Notes under the pieces: generated by a model | What the model was told of the DNA's origin: nothing | Seen by the model: only the letters and a program-made list of their open reading frames with translations | Database searches by the model: none | Shown here: positions 26,110 through 39,120 of the stretch, one piece after another | How positions within the stretch are numbered: the first letter of the stretch is position 1 | How the letters are laid out: every line of letters begins with the position of its first letter | Made by a program: the position numbers and the translations under genes | NCBI RefSeq assembly: GCF_018350175.1 | Contig: NC_058368.1 | Location: 62,746,001 to 62,810,000 of the forward strand | Origin: Felis catus | Taxonomy: Eukaryota | Length of the DNA stretch: 64,000 nt | Direction: 5' to 3'

Positions 26110-29100
26110 TCTAGTACCTTGAAATCCTTGTGAAATGATGTCAGACTATAAATAAATTGTCCCCATCCTTTTCTTAAATTATATAAACAACACAACTCCA
26201 AAGACACCTGAACTGTGTTTAAAAATATTGCCAAATAATAACTAAGTCAACCAATTAATAACACTAGGAGAATCATTAGAAGTAATCAGATTGGCTGCTT
26301 TTAAATATGTAATTTAAAAAAGATGTCTCAATTTCTTTTGTATTTTTAATCAAATTTTTTAGTCTCAGGCTGTGATAATACCCTTAGTCATCTCTCTGGT
26401 TAAAACACACACGCACAAACACACACACACACCAGCACTCACAAAGATCACATTTCTATCTGTTGACATGTCTTTTAAATTAAGTGGGGCACAAATCAGT
26501 GAAAGCAGTTACCTTGGCACAGTACAATCAAAGCAGCTGGCTGATTGATTGGATTTTTCCATATGTAATTAACTATTGTATATGTATAGCTTCAAAATTA
26601 AAGTGCTGAAAGAATCTGAAGCAGATGCCAACTGTATGCTCTTCTTTGGAAAGCAATTTTAATTTCATGCTTTTTTGCTATATTGTTTTGGAAGTTCTTT
26701 GAAGAAAGCACACATTATAAAAAAATGTTCATTTCAATCTGTAGCTTCAGCTATGTGGGGATTTCATGTAACAAAATTTATACAAGCGTGCAAGCCATCA
26801 CTATATTCTAATTTCTTAGAAAATTGCTTCCTGGGATAAATTTACTGCCCTGCCATGTCCTTGAATGTATACTATAAAATAACCAAAAATTAAATCTCCA
26901 CTTTAAATCCCACCTTCTGGTCTACAAACAGTTTAGACTTCTGAAGTGAGTGTTCCTCTTCTAAATTGTTTTAAATTAAAGTGTTTTATTGATCTTAATC
27001 TAAGAAACTATTGTTTCTTCTCAGGCACCTGAATTATCATGCATCGTCACTCTCTTCAAAATATAATGACAACTTTGTTTTTCTTACAATCTTTGAAGTG
27101 ATAGGTAATGGCTTTATTTTCCTGAAGCATCTATCTCTGGATAAGTATTTCTTAAGAAGTTCCATAGAATCAGAAGTGAAATCTCAAGTAGTCACTGTAC
27201 CAAAAGTACCAGCATAAGGATCCTTTCTCCTCAAAGCCCTCCTGCAGGGGAGAAGAGTTTGCTGTGACCTCCTAGAGGGAAATATTGTTGTGGCCCAAGG
27301 CACTTCTTTGATCTGAACACCACAGTGCTAAAAGTAAATTCTCCATGTGCCTCTTGGGAAGTAATTGTTGGTTATTCCACTTGTGTTTGTTGTTGATATA
27401 AAGGACCAATAACCCTCCTAAAACTGAAGTCTATTTTCTTAAAAACAAAAATAAATCAACTATTTGGAACGATTCAAAGCTGCTTTCCTGGAATTGTGGT
27501 TTTCCTGGAACTGTTTTCCAAGGTTGTGGTTGACATCTTAGGTTTGGTGACGGGAACACCTGAGCCAGAGTCCAACCTGGGGACTTTGTCAGGCTACCTC
27601 CTCTGCCAAACATGTTTCCTCTTCTATGACATTCACACCCTGATGGTCATCATGAAAATGAAACTCAAGTAAACACACAAATCCCTTGGCACAATGTATG
27701 ATATCTAGTAACTATTCAATGAATAATTAACTAAAAGTTAAAATTTTTGCGTCACTCACTTTAATAAAAAAATCATATTTTTGTTCACAAATAATTAAAC
27801 AAACCCTTTCATATACCTGATTTCTTCTGTTTTCTCAGCTTGTATCCTCACGACACAGAGTAACTTAGGCACTTTCATTGTTGACCATTATTTTGCTATG
27901 TTTAGGACCATCTTTTACCTTTTCTAAGTTATAAAAGAAAAAGAAAAACAGCTAATGCAGTGCATATGATAGCAGACCATAACTGCTGAAAGAACAGGTT
28001 TCAGGTAATCCAGCCCAACAGTTGAACCTAAACCAGCCTCGAACAATAACATCAACAAAAATGGTTAGAGAATAGGATTCACATCTCACAACATTGTATG
28101 CTAACCTTGGATAACTTTCCCAGAGAACACACAGTACTTTGGTAATCTTGATCAAGCATTTTTCCTACTCAGCTTGTTTTGGTTAATTTTGCTATAATAT
28201 GTAAGAGTTACCTTGGATAGGAGGCAGAAATAAATCAATTTGGTGCCTGCTAAAGCAATATTTACTTGAATTAAATTTAGCAAAGCATTTCAATTTTACA
28301 ACATGTGCAAACTTTTCAGATATAGATCCTTTCTGGAGAAAAATATATCTTATGCCTCTTGCTTTCAGAGATGGTTAAAATATTATAGCTAGATGTACAA
28401 CAATATTGATAATTAATACTAGACTGTGTATCACAAGATCTAAAAGGCGTCTCTGGAAGATCTTACATGTAAAAACCATATTTTCCACACTCCTTCAATG
28501 AAAATACTATCATTTTACCCTGCATTGAAATACTATAAGAAAATAGTGGTGATATTCTTTGAAACAATATTATCTCTGTAATTTAATATTATCAAAGTGA
28601 AATTATGAGAGTTCTTGGAAAAGGGATTTATTGGGACTCAAAATGACTAGAGAGAACTGTCATTAACAGTTTAATTCAGAGTCGAAAATCTCTCTAAATG
28701 TTTATGGCAGTTCTATTCCTGATCAAAGAGTTAGACTGGAATCAAACTCACTCTATATTTCTTTTCCATTTTTTTTTGTCTTTCTCTTGCAAATTGCAAA
28801 ATGCATCATATATATACAGACTGTAATTTGAAATTTCAAAAATTTTATCTGGTCATTAGATCATGCGTTTTTCTAGTCACATATATGTGTAATCAGTATT
28901 CATAAGACTGTCACAAATTAATGCATTATTACTTCTCTTAGATTGACTGAAATCATGCTCACTGTAGCCATTCATTATGTAGCATGTTGTGTTTAATTTT
29001 GTTATCATTAATATTGGGGGATGTTGATGATTGATGAAAAGAAATGGACCCTACATGGGAAATTTAGAAGACTCATTCATATGTCTCTATGTTTTTACCA

Positions 29101-29440
29101 CCAGAAAGTTCTTCTAATTGTGTAATGGAAAATGCTAGGTAACTGAAATGTGAATGGCGTACAAAATTAAGTTCATGAAACAGGCAATTACACAACTTCT
29201 GAAATGCTTCTATAATCATTTATTTCACAACATGCAATTCTGCCCAAAGTATAGAGTATAATAAGGGTTGGGAAGTTTGGACACCACAGCACTAGCTGCT
29301 GCTAGTAGTCAGGTGACCAGGGCAGTCAATTTTGAGCAGGTTGCATTACATACATACACAGAGATACACATAATTGAAAGGGACAGCCTTAGTTTTATTT
29401 AATGTTTTGTTTTGGTTTCGGTTTTTTGGTTTCTTCTTCT

Positions 29441-29443
<3 letters not shown>

Positions 29444-29482
<39 letters not shown>
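29444..29482. repeat. Poly(T) run of ~39 nt
   Basis: Directly visible. Confidence 0.95.
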
Positions 29483-29484
<2 letters not shown>

Positions 29485-29598
29485 AGTAGAGACAATTGTC
29501 TTCATTATTTTTGGACATTTTCCCACTTAAAATTGTTGATTAAGGAGATTTTCAAAAATCCTTCAGAGAAAAGTAGACTGTATTCTCTGTCTCTGTCT

Positions 29599-29626
29599 CA
29601 CACCACACACACACACACACACCATA

Positions 29627-29667
<41 letters not shown>
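29599..29667. repeat. Interrupted (CA)n microsatellite
   Basis: Directly visible. Confidence 0.97.
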
Positions 29668-29668
<1 letters not shown>

Positions 29669-30689
29669 AGTATTCTGATCTCCGTACTGAAATTTTCTAA
29701 GCGTCTTTTATTTCAGTGAGTTGACTTATAGGCATAAACCCTCGTCACATAATGAAATGCAACTTAGTTTATGCATGGAAAATAAAACTTAGAAAATTAC
29801 CATCTGTCTATTTAAAAAAAAGTACTATTTGTACTAATAGAAATACAGTAGCTACACTACAATAGAAATAAAAAGATACAGTAATCCTATAAACAGTAAG
29901 CAAATGGGATTTAGGATAAAGATAATACATTTGTGTTATTGCATTTTCAGTTATTTATAATTTTATTTTCTCTAAATCTGCATTCTCTGATTAGTCTATT
30001 TATTTCCAGATGGCATGATTAAGTTTCCAAATTTCTAAGATTCTGCTGTTATGGTTTAACTTGTTTTATTTATATCAGAACAGCTGACTTGAACAGCTGT
30101 TTTTTCCTGAAATAGTTTCAGTCAATAATTTTCCATTTCAATCAATTCAGATCATCTGAATTACTATAGTATAATAATTCTATGGAGCATTTCAGGAGTT
30201 TTCCTTGCACTTGCAATGAAAATTTGATATTAAATTTACAGATTTTTTTATTAATATCTTTCCAAAAACTTCTAATGGACTCAGAATTATACATACATAT
30301 CTGGCGACTGTAATTACCTATTTGATAATATGGATTCAGTAATTGCATTTATGATACATAATTGTACATATCTTTGCCACTCTAATAAATTCAGATGTCT
30401 CATGTTTCCCAAAAGTCAATTATAAGTTATACTGACATATTTTCTAGTTATGCTGTTTAAGTCATTTTATAACTAAATGTGTAAGTACATGTTATTGCTA
30501 TAGATACTAAATGATTTGATACATTCAAAATTCACAAACCCACAAAGGAAGGAAATGAAATGGGGAGTAGCATGGAAATTAGAAACATGCAGACAACTGA
30601 ATTCAGAGAGCCAATGTATGATTTTCCACTCTACACCTATTTGTTTTGACCGAGAGCCTGTAACCTTTCTTTCCTCAAATACTTCTAAA

Positions 30690-32600
30690 GAATCCATAGA
30701 TCAAGAGGTAACAAAAGACAAAAGTAGACAAAATTTAGAAACAAAGATATGGAAGTATCACATATCAAAATTTGTCATTAGAATGCACCTTAATGTATTC
30801 AGAAGGAGATTTATACCTTCTATACGTATTTTTATGAAAAAAAAAAGAACTGAACAACAACCTAAGTATTCAACAAAAATAATGCGTAAGAAATGCATGA
30901 AGATAATTTTATAGTTCATTGAAAGACATTAGGAAAACCTAATAAATGAATAGGTATCTCATGTTTGTATGTAAATGAATGAATAAAGGAATGGATATTC
31001 TCATCTTTGTCTACAGGAAGATACAATATGATAAAGTCAATTATACTGACATCAATCTATGAAGATAAACCCTTTGATTTGAGTAAACAAAGTAATGTTA
31101 AAATGTATATTAAAAAGAAAAGGCCAAAAACAAAAATGTCAACTTTAAAGAAGAAAAAATGGAAATTCCACATATTAAATTCTATTAACTATCAAGGCTT
31201 ATTATAGAATGATATATTGTGGTATTAGTGAAAATTGTCCAGTGGCATAAAGAAGCTTCCAGGCAAGATTGGAATCTTGATATCTGATGGAATGGAAAAA
31301 CAAAAAGTAGGAAAGGATGATTCTTCTCTAAATAGATCTGGTAATTGGCACATATATGGGAAAACATATATACAAACTCCTACCACTCACACATAAAAAA
31401 AATCCATATAAATTAAATAACTAAATTTTAACATAAAAATTGGAAACTTAAAAGAGAGAAGTTCCTTTATGAATTCATACATGATATATTCTTTAAAATG
31501 CTGCAAAAGTCACAAAATATAAAAAGATTGGTTGCTTAAACTTTATTAATGTTAAAAATAAAGTCAGAACAAAAATTGGGATGGGAGGAATTTTAATGTC
31601 ATATAATTGTATATTATGTCCATCCATAAAAGGTAAATAGTTATTAAAAATCTGAGAATAACAGCAAAAAAAAAGATAAACAAGGAATGTGGGAAATCCT
31701 AATGAAGAATATAAAATTAAAAAACTGAAAAAATCAATAGGTCTAATAATTATGTAACCGCTACTAAGACCACTAAAATAAAGCAATTCATACCCCACAG
31801 ATGAATAAAACTTAACTGACAGTACCAAGTGTTGTCAAGAATATTCAACAACATCAAATACAGCATATACTCCATGTGCTGTACAAACACTGAAGTTGCC
31901 CCATTGGTCCCTGTCCTATGATATTTCTCCTCCCTATAATCCCTTGAGTGTAAGACCCGTCGCTTCCTTCCAACCTACAGAATACAAGGAGGTAAAGAAC
32001 TATTACAGATATAATTAAGGTTTGTTGGTTGTTTTTGAATTAATGAAAAGAGAGAATATCTTGAATTGGCCTGGCTTATTGAATTGACTGTCCCTGATAG
32101 AGAGCTTGGCCTTCTCTGAGGTCAAAGAATGCAAGCACTAGAGACTCTGTGTAAGCAGTCATGTTGGAGAAGACTTCATGATAAAAGCTGTTGGCAGCTT
32201 CTAGGAAATGTGTGTGATCTCTAGAACATTAGAAGAACTTCTGGCTAACAACCGGAGCAAGGGGGGTGAGGGGGGAGTCTCCTACCACACAGGTGCAAGA
32301 AAATGAATTCAGGCAGCAAGAAATTAGATTTTTCCTCAGTTGACCCACCAGAATGAACACTCAGCTCAGCCAACACCTTGATTGAGGCCTTGGGAAACCC
32401 TAATCAGAAGATCCAGTTAAGACATGCCCAAATTTCTGACTGTAGAAATTGTGAGATAATAAACATATACTATGTTAAGTTACTAAGTTTGTAATGATTT
32501 GTTACATGGCAATAGAAAACTAATATAACCACTTTCATGAAAATTTGACAATGTTCAGTGAAACTGGATATGGACATAATCTATAACTCACTATATAATT
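30690..32600 (+). mobile_element. Highly decayed L1M(E) ORF2/3' fragment split by an LTR
   Basis: A-rich L1 motifs, e.g. ctgacagtaccaagtgttgtcaagaat; resumes after the LTR with ccacttt...aaaatttgacaat. Confidence 0.65.
31880..32527 (+). mobile_element. MLT1 (E-like) MaLR LTR nested in L1
   Basis: tataatccc, gccaacaccttgatt, ttgtgagataataaa...atttgttacatggcaatagaaaactaata terminus. Confidence 0.85.
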
Positions 32601-32694
32601 ATATTTCTTGTTTAGTCCTTGTCTGCCAGCTAGAGCATAATAATGATGAGGACTGAGCATTTTTACATTTTTGTTTATCTTCTATAACTAGGTC

Positions 32695-32970
32695 AAAGGG
32701 GCCCTTCTCTGAGTCCCAGGCTGTAGGGTGGGAGTGGGTGCTGAAACTCATCATCACTATAGGCAGACACAGAACTACCAGGAGTCTGAGAATCCTAAAT
32801 TCAAATCTTGCCTACTGGACTTGAAGAAGGTATTTTTGACAAGTACCAAGATAGAGCATATTAGGAATTTGTTACACTGATTTATAACACTTAAATATGC
32901 AGACATGTGGTACATAGGTCTCCATTTGTATCTGTGTCCTGGGCTACACATCTCTCAGCAATGGGCTTAT
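32695..32970. mobile_element. hAT-Tip100-type DNA transposon remnant
   Basis: tgatttataacacttaaatatgcagacatgtggt...ctccatttgta resembles a recalled Tip100-family MER end. Confidence 0.5.
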
Positions 32971-33210
32971 TCACATGTTTTTGCATGTGGTAGACACTCC
33001 CAGTGATCTGCCCAATACTCATTTCCCCAGTCATTCTTAGAAAGATAATGTTGACAGAGGCATTTGTCCTTTAGACAAATATGCCTAAAACAGATGGAAG
33101 AACATGCACATCAGTGAAGGATGACTCCACTCATGGAGACAAGAAAACTTGCAGAAGGATCCGGTTTAGGGGGATGTTAAAGATAAATTTTTGAAATATT
33201 AAGTATGAAG

Positions 33211-33912
33211 TGTATCAATTTTCTATTGCCACCATAACAAATTACCACAAACTTGAGTTAAAGCAGTACAACTAGATTATCTTACAGTTGTTGTAGGTTA
33301 GAAGTCTGGTATGGGTCTCCTTGGTCTAAAATCAGAGTGTCAGCAGGGCTGTGTTCCCGTATGCAAGCTGCCGGGAGAATCCATTTCTGTGCTCGTTCTT
33401 TGTTAGCAGAATTTAGTTTCTTGCAGTTAAAAGATAGAAGTCCCAATTTCATTGTGGGCCATCAGCTAGAGGCCATTCTTAGATCCTAGAGGACTCTCTC
33501 CAGTCTTTGGATGTAGCCCCCACATCTCAGAACTAAAAACAGGAGGTCACATTTTTCTTATGCAACTTCTCTCTGACCTTCCCTCAGTCACTTCTCTCTC
33601 TGACCACCACCAGGAAAATTTCTCTGCTTTTAAGGACTCATGTAATTAGATTGGGCTCACACAGATAATCCAGAATAATCTCCATAACATAAGGTCCACA
33701 ACCTTAATCACATTTTCCATGCCCTTTTTTTCAACACAAGGTACAGTATTTATAAATTCCAGGGATTAAGACATAATCTTTGAGGTTGCTTGGATGGCTC
33801 AGTTGGTTGAGTGCCCATTCTTGATTTGGGCTCAGGTCATGATCTCATGGTTTGTGGGATTGAGCTCAGCATTGGGCTCTATATTGACAGCACAGAGCCT
33901 GTTGGGATTCTG

Positions 33913-33943
<31 letters not shown>

Positions 33944-34037
33944 AAATAAATAAACTAAAAATAATAATAATAAAAAATAAACTTGCTAAAAAAAAAAGAC
34001 ATGATCTTTGGTGGGATATTTGTTCTCCCAATCCCAT
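33211..34037 (-). mobile_element. MLT1 (C/D/E-like) MaLR LTR interrupted by a SINE
   Basis: tgtatc..ttttctattgc..ataacaaattaccacaaactt start; tttaaggactcatgtaattagattgggc; ccagggattaag. Confidence 0.88.
33783..33995 (+). mobile_element. SINEC inside MLT1, with TSD
   Basis: Flanked by aagacataatctttg / aagacatgatctttg. Confidence 0.9.
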
Positions 34038-35097
34038 ATAGTGACAATGAGATAGTCCAGTTGATATGCTAGACACATGTGGATCTTATATAATACGTAA
34101 TAGCAACTTTAGCTGGCCCTCTTGATACTTTTTAAGACTAGGAACATAGTTATTGAAAAATACCCTGCTGTGCCTATACATGGTTTCTTGATTTTGAGTC
34201 CAGAATTGTTTCATGTAATCAGAACAGGAAGAAACAATATTTGTATACATTAGAATGGTTGTAAGACTGGGTTGAGTAATTTCTAGGTTTTTTTTTCCAT
34301 TTTTTAGCATACTTGTAAGCTTCAAGCAAATAAATTTCTTTTAGACTTAGCAACTAAATAAAATTAGAACCCATACCAGTCTCTACCTGCATAATCTTAG
34401 TCTCCTGGGCCAAGGTTAAGCAATCTTATGAGAGAGGTATCTGTCTTCTGCATCGATAAATCTCTAACGGATGCATGAATATTGACCTTCCTACAAAAAG
34501 AATTGCCTTCTTTTGGTCTGCACCACCATTCACTTTGTTTCCTTTTGTGCGCAACATCATAAGTGATCTAGATGGTCCTCGAAGATAAACTTGAAGAATA
34601 TATGCAACTTCTCCCCCTTCTGCATCTCTACACAACTCCCATATGTCAGACAAAAGCTTGACCTTGACTAGTTCCCATCCCTCTAGGCAGTCTAATCTGT
34701 AACATCTGATGCAGGGACACATTTCCCTGGGCATGTTTACAGATAATTTGCATCAGAAAAATGGGGAGAAAGAGTTGCTTGATTATCAGATCCACAGAAG
34801 GCAAAAGGAGCCCTCTCAAATAAAAAAATTGCTATTCGTGGATTAACTGCTTTATTTGACACAAGGAAGAAATTTTAGCAAAAGCAGCATACATTTCTCT
34901 GTTTCAATGGAATGAGTAGGACAATCTTATATGTATCTTTAATCTATTGTCTTCCTAGATATATTCACCATCAGAACCATAATCTACCTCTATGATTTGT
35001 GTTTCTTTTTTCTCAAGCATAAGATATACTAATAACATTGATCTACAATTCCCAATTCTTAAACTAATACTTGTTTTCCATTTTCTCATTCTCCAAG

Positions 35098-35255
35098 GCA
35101 GTGCTTCTCAAACTTGAGTGTTCCCAGAAGTACCTGAAGGATTTATTAAAATACAAATTTCTGGAAACCACCTCCAGAGTTTCTGATTCACTATGTCTGT
35201 ATGTAGGCCTGTGAATTTGCATTTCTAATATATTTTCAATTAATACCAATGGTTC
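35098..35255. mobile_element. MER5A-like hAT-Charlie MITE
   Basis: cagtgcttctcaaactt...ccagagtttctgattca...gaatttgcatttcta. Confidence 0.85.
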
Positions 35256-36429
35256 CATTAGATGAAAGCAAAGAAAATTTTGAGGATATCCTATTCATAT
35301 TGTGATGTAAAGAAGATGGTTACAACCTCTAATCTGGTCTGCAGGATTTTGAACATAAAAATACATCAAAGTTATGCCATGAGGAAGAAGCGATATTCAT
35401 ATTACCTGAAGAGAAGTTTCCTTCCTTGCAATTTATTGAATATAATGCCCCTTCATAGTGTTCATAGGAAAAAAAAAAGTTAAATGTGTCTTTCTAATCT
35501 AGGCCTTGTAGAGAACCTAATATCCCTGGTTACAGACATAAGAGGCAAACCTAGTTCAATGACATCAACTAAATCGGCCAATGCAGGATGAAGCTGGAAT
35601 TCTGTACAGAACCCAGAGAGGTAAAAGCAAAATGGGGAGTTCAAGAAATAAGGAGATTCCAGGAACCCACTTAAAGGAAGTTGTCTGTAGATTTAAAAGA
35701 GGCGGATGGAAAGAAAAATGCCATGTTTTGCACCACATCCTGGATTCTGAGTGCTCAGGATCAACTATGAATGATAATGGGTTCTTTCTGCTAATGGTCT
35801 ATCTGCACTAGTGTGCCCTGCCAAATGCCATAGGCATAATGGAAAGGTTATGTTTTTGTGCACTATCACCCGGAGTTGTTGAACTGTGGTGTAATAATCA
35901 GCAGCCTCACTTGAAAGCTTGCCATCAAATTGAGCCAAGCACACCATGCCATTACATCCAAATTGCTAATGGAGGAATGCCAGAGAATAAGAGTAGATCC
36001 AGAAAATACACTTATGGTTCCCAGAGTATGCACTCAGTGAGAAAAGGATGCCATGTAGACCATTGGGTGAGGTGAGAATCCAGACTAAGTGTGTCAATGG
36101 GAAAACAAGAATAACACTTAAGAATGTCCATTCTTCTGGAAGTTTCCTGCTGGAAATTTTCTTCAGAAGTTATTAGGGAAAGAGAAGTATCAAGAGTCGG
36201 TTTGGATAGAGTGAGATTAATTGCAGTTCTTCTTATCTTCCTAAGTATCTGTTCAATTTAGGTAAAAATAGTAGTTTTAAGGAATGTTTCCTTGTCAGCT
36301 CATTTTACTGATTACCACTGCCTCATCCTTTTATAGTGATGCCAGTAAGCAAAAATAAGAAAAAGTGGCTACTCCATATTCTTACATCTTTCAGTATGAC
36401 TGATCAAGAGTTAAGTTAGCAGGCCTAGG

Positions 36430-37048
36430 TTGCTAAAACTCTTTGCATTCCAAAGTCTTCAGAACTAAACTTCACCAGCTCCTGGCAGATAATCTCTGAA
36501 CCCTTGGAACATCCTGCCTGATAAAGGTATCTTTGTATATTGGAAATATTGAAGCATGTCAGATAGTTTATACTAACAATGTAATTTATGTTGAATGCTT
36601 TTTCATTTTTTTTGTTTGTTTTGTTTTGTTTTTTTGTTTGTTTTGGGTTTTTTTGTTGTTGTTTTGTTTTTTTGTATTCCTGGAGCTTTGGATCAAATGT
36701 AGTAGTTTGAATTCTGGGAGTCACATGCCTAAGCAACTGACCTGCAATAAACACACCGGAAGCCAAAGTTCAGGTGAGCCTCCCTGACTCGCAACACATC
36801 ACATGTGTTGTCACACATCGTTGCTGGTAGAATGAAGTGATTTCCCATGTTTTTATTGAGGGAGGACAAATGGAAGATCATCCTTGTCTCTTTTAGATTC
36901 CACTGTTAAGCATCTTTTTCCTTTCCTTCTTTTAATCTGTATCTGTTCACTGTAATAAACCATAACCAAAGTGTAACAGCTCCTCTGAGTTCTGTGAGTC
37001 CTTCTAGAAAATCATCAAACCTGACTGTGATCTTTGGGATCCCTGACA
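36430..37048 (+). mobile_element. MER21-like ERVL LTR with internal (TTTG)n expansion
   Basis: cccttggaacatcctgcctgataa; tgtgttgtcacacatcgttgctgg; ctgagttctgtgagtccttctag...gggatccctgaca. Confidence 0.8.
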
Positions 37049-37337
37049 TAACACTTTTCAAAATAAAGTCTAACTGCTCCTCTAGGGTGAAAGAAATTAG
37101 ATAATGAGTACTTTTGGCAAAATCAGTGGGAGGATTCAATGTACAATACACATACATACACACACACACATGCACCCACACATTAAAATTCTGCTGGAGG
37201 TCTTGGGCAAGCAAGATATAAAATTCATAAACTCAATGTAAACTACATACTAAATGTACTAAAATAAAGGTCATTTATTTATTAATCCATTTGTTCACTT
37301 TTGGTTATGAGTTGGAGGCTTGGGGGTTTTTATATCA

Positions 37338-37573
37338 GGGGCACCTGGGTGGCTCAGTCAGTTAAGTGTCCGACTTAAGCTCAGGTCATGATCTCACCAC
37401 TTGTGAGTTCGAGCCCCACATTGGGCTCTGTGCTGACAGCTCAGAGCCTGGAGCCTGCTTCCGATTCTGTGTGTGTGTGTGTGTCTCTCTCTGTGCCCCT
37501 CCCCCACTCATGCTCTGTCTCTTTCTCTCAAAAATAAAACATTAAAAAAAATAAAGTAAAATAAAATAAATAA
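37338..37573 (+). mobile_element. SINEC
   Basis: Full body, internal (TG)n, (TAAAA)n tail. Confidence 0.95.
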
Positions 37574-38739
37574 ATGTGGTTATATCTGCAAATCTCACAC
37601 TTGACATTCTGCTGCAATAAGTAAAGACCAATCATGCCAGTGTAGAGTCAGTCCTTTAAAGAGTAAAAATAGATATACTTACTGACTTAAATACTAGATT
37701 ACTCAGGAGAGATAGTAAAAGGTCTTCCTGTTTTTCAAGAAAGAAGTAATGGAGAAAGATAAAGTGAATTGAGTGAGGTAGTAGGTGTGGGTGAAAATAA
37801 CATCACTATCTCATTTAAACTGCCAGTGCTACTCTCAGAACCTAGGCTGCCCTCAAGGTCACTCATGGGAGCATTAGAATAATCACGACATTCTTTAGAC
37901 AGTTTACTGCCATTTGCCAACAACTGTCATGATGAATCTACAAGTTTATGAGACAATGATGTGAACGGCACCCCCTAAAGAGTCCGCTGTGCAAGCTGCA
38001 TGACCAGGCACTGCCCAGGCTGTTCTCCTCAGACAAGGCCTTGGTTGGCGGTGGCGGTGATGGGATTTTAACTGAAATGTATTTGACATACAATATTGTG
38101 TAAATGATTACTTTTTAAAGTTTAGATCCACCAAACACATGGTTAGTAGAAGTTTGATTAAAATTCAGGGAACATATTGTATTTGAGTCTTAGTTTTACT
38201 ACCATCCTTTTATTTTATTTTATTTTTTTCAGAGATACTGGGTGTCGATGATGAAGAAGACTATTTTAGAAACTCTCTAGACGTGACTAAAATTCAAGCT
38301 CATAATCTAACTCTAGTTAATTGTAAAGTCTGACTTTGTCATATTGATTAGGGTCAGTAATTGTCTGATCTCTGCTTAGCATTTCTTGATCATTGCAATG
38401 GCATGCATGAATTAACAGAAACATTTAGCACTTGAATGTATTTCTTTAATGGGATTAATTGATTTCCATGCTAACTAATATGATCATGCTCTAGAGGACA
38501 ATAATCAATAACTTCACAAGTATACCTCCCGTCTACAGACACCTGTTTCAGAGTTTTGTTTCCTTAAGAGTAAATGAAATATTTGTGATACAAATATTAC
38601 AATTATTTTAGTTTTCATTTTAAATGTGAATTAGTTTTTGGATACTACGTGTAAATTACCATTTAATATTTAGTTGCATATTATTTATGCACCCATTTAT
38701 TTTCTCTTTTGCATATTCCCTTCTTATATTCCCCTCTCT

Positions 38740-39120
38740 CTTAAGTGCTTAATATGTAACCTTGAGTTTTTATAAATTCTTTTAAGATATATAGTGTGGT
38801 ATGTAGTTTGACCATACACTTACATAAATGGCATTCTGATATATTTTTCTATGTATAAATTTTACTCAACATTGTTTAAAGATCTAGTCACATTGCTTAT
38901 CATAGGAATTTTTTTGGCTTTTGAACACTTCAAAGTATTTCATAGTTTGTATCCTCCTCTACTCATCCATTCCTCAATAATGGGCCCCTAGATTGCCACC
39001 TACTCTTACCACTAGTCAGCGTTGCATTAAAAGTCTCACTTCTGGCTGTTTGGGAAATTAATGGGAATTCTGCTTGGAGTTTTGAGCCACGAAGTATAAA
39101 AACATCTGATGCTGCCACGT
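38740..39120 (-). mobile_element. L1ME-like 3' fragment
   Basis: acataaatggcatt...ttttactcaacattgtt...atccattcctc. Confidence 0.55.

Noticed and set aside
27458..27480. U6-like 10-mer ttggaacgat
   Set aside because: Too short, with no extension.
34426..34734. 102-aa minus ORF in non-repeat DNA, considered as an endogenous viral or pseudogene fragment
   Set aside because: No recognisable viral (Rep, NS1, N, RT) or cellular motif, and no splice, poly(A) or TSD support. A TBLASTX search would settle it.
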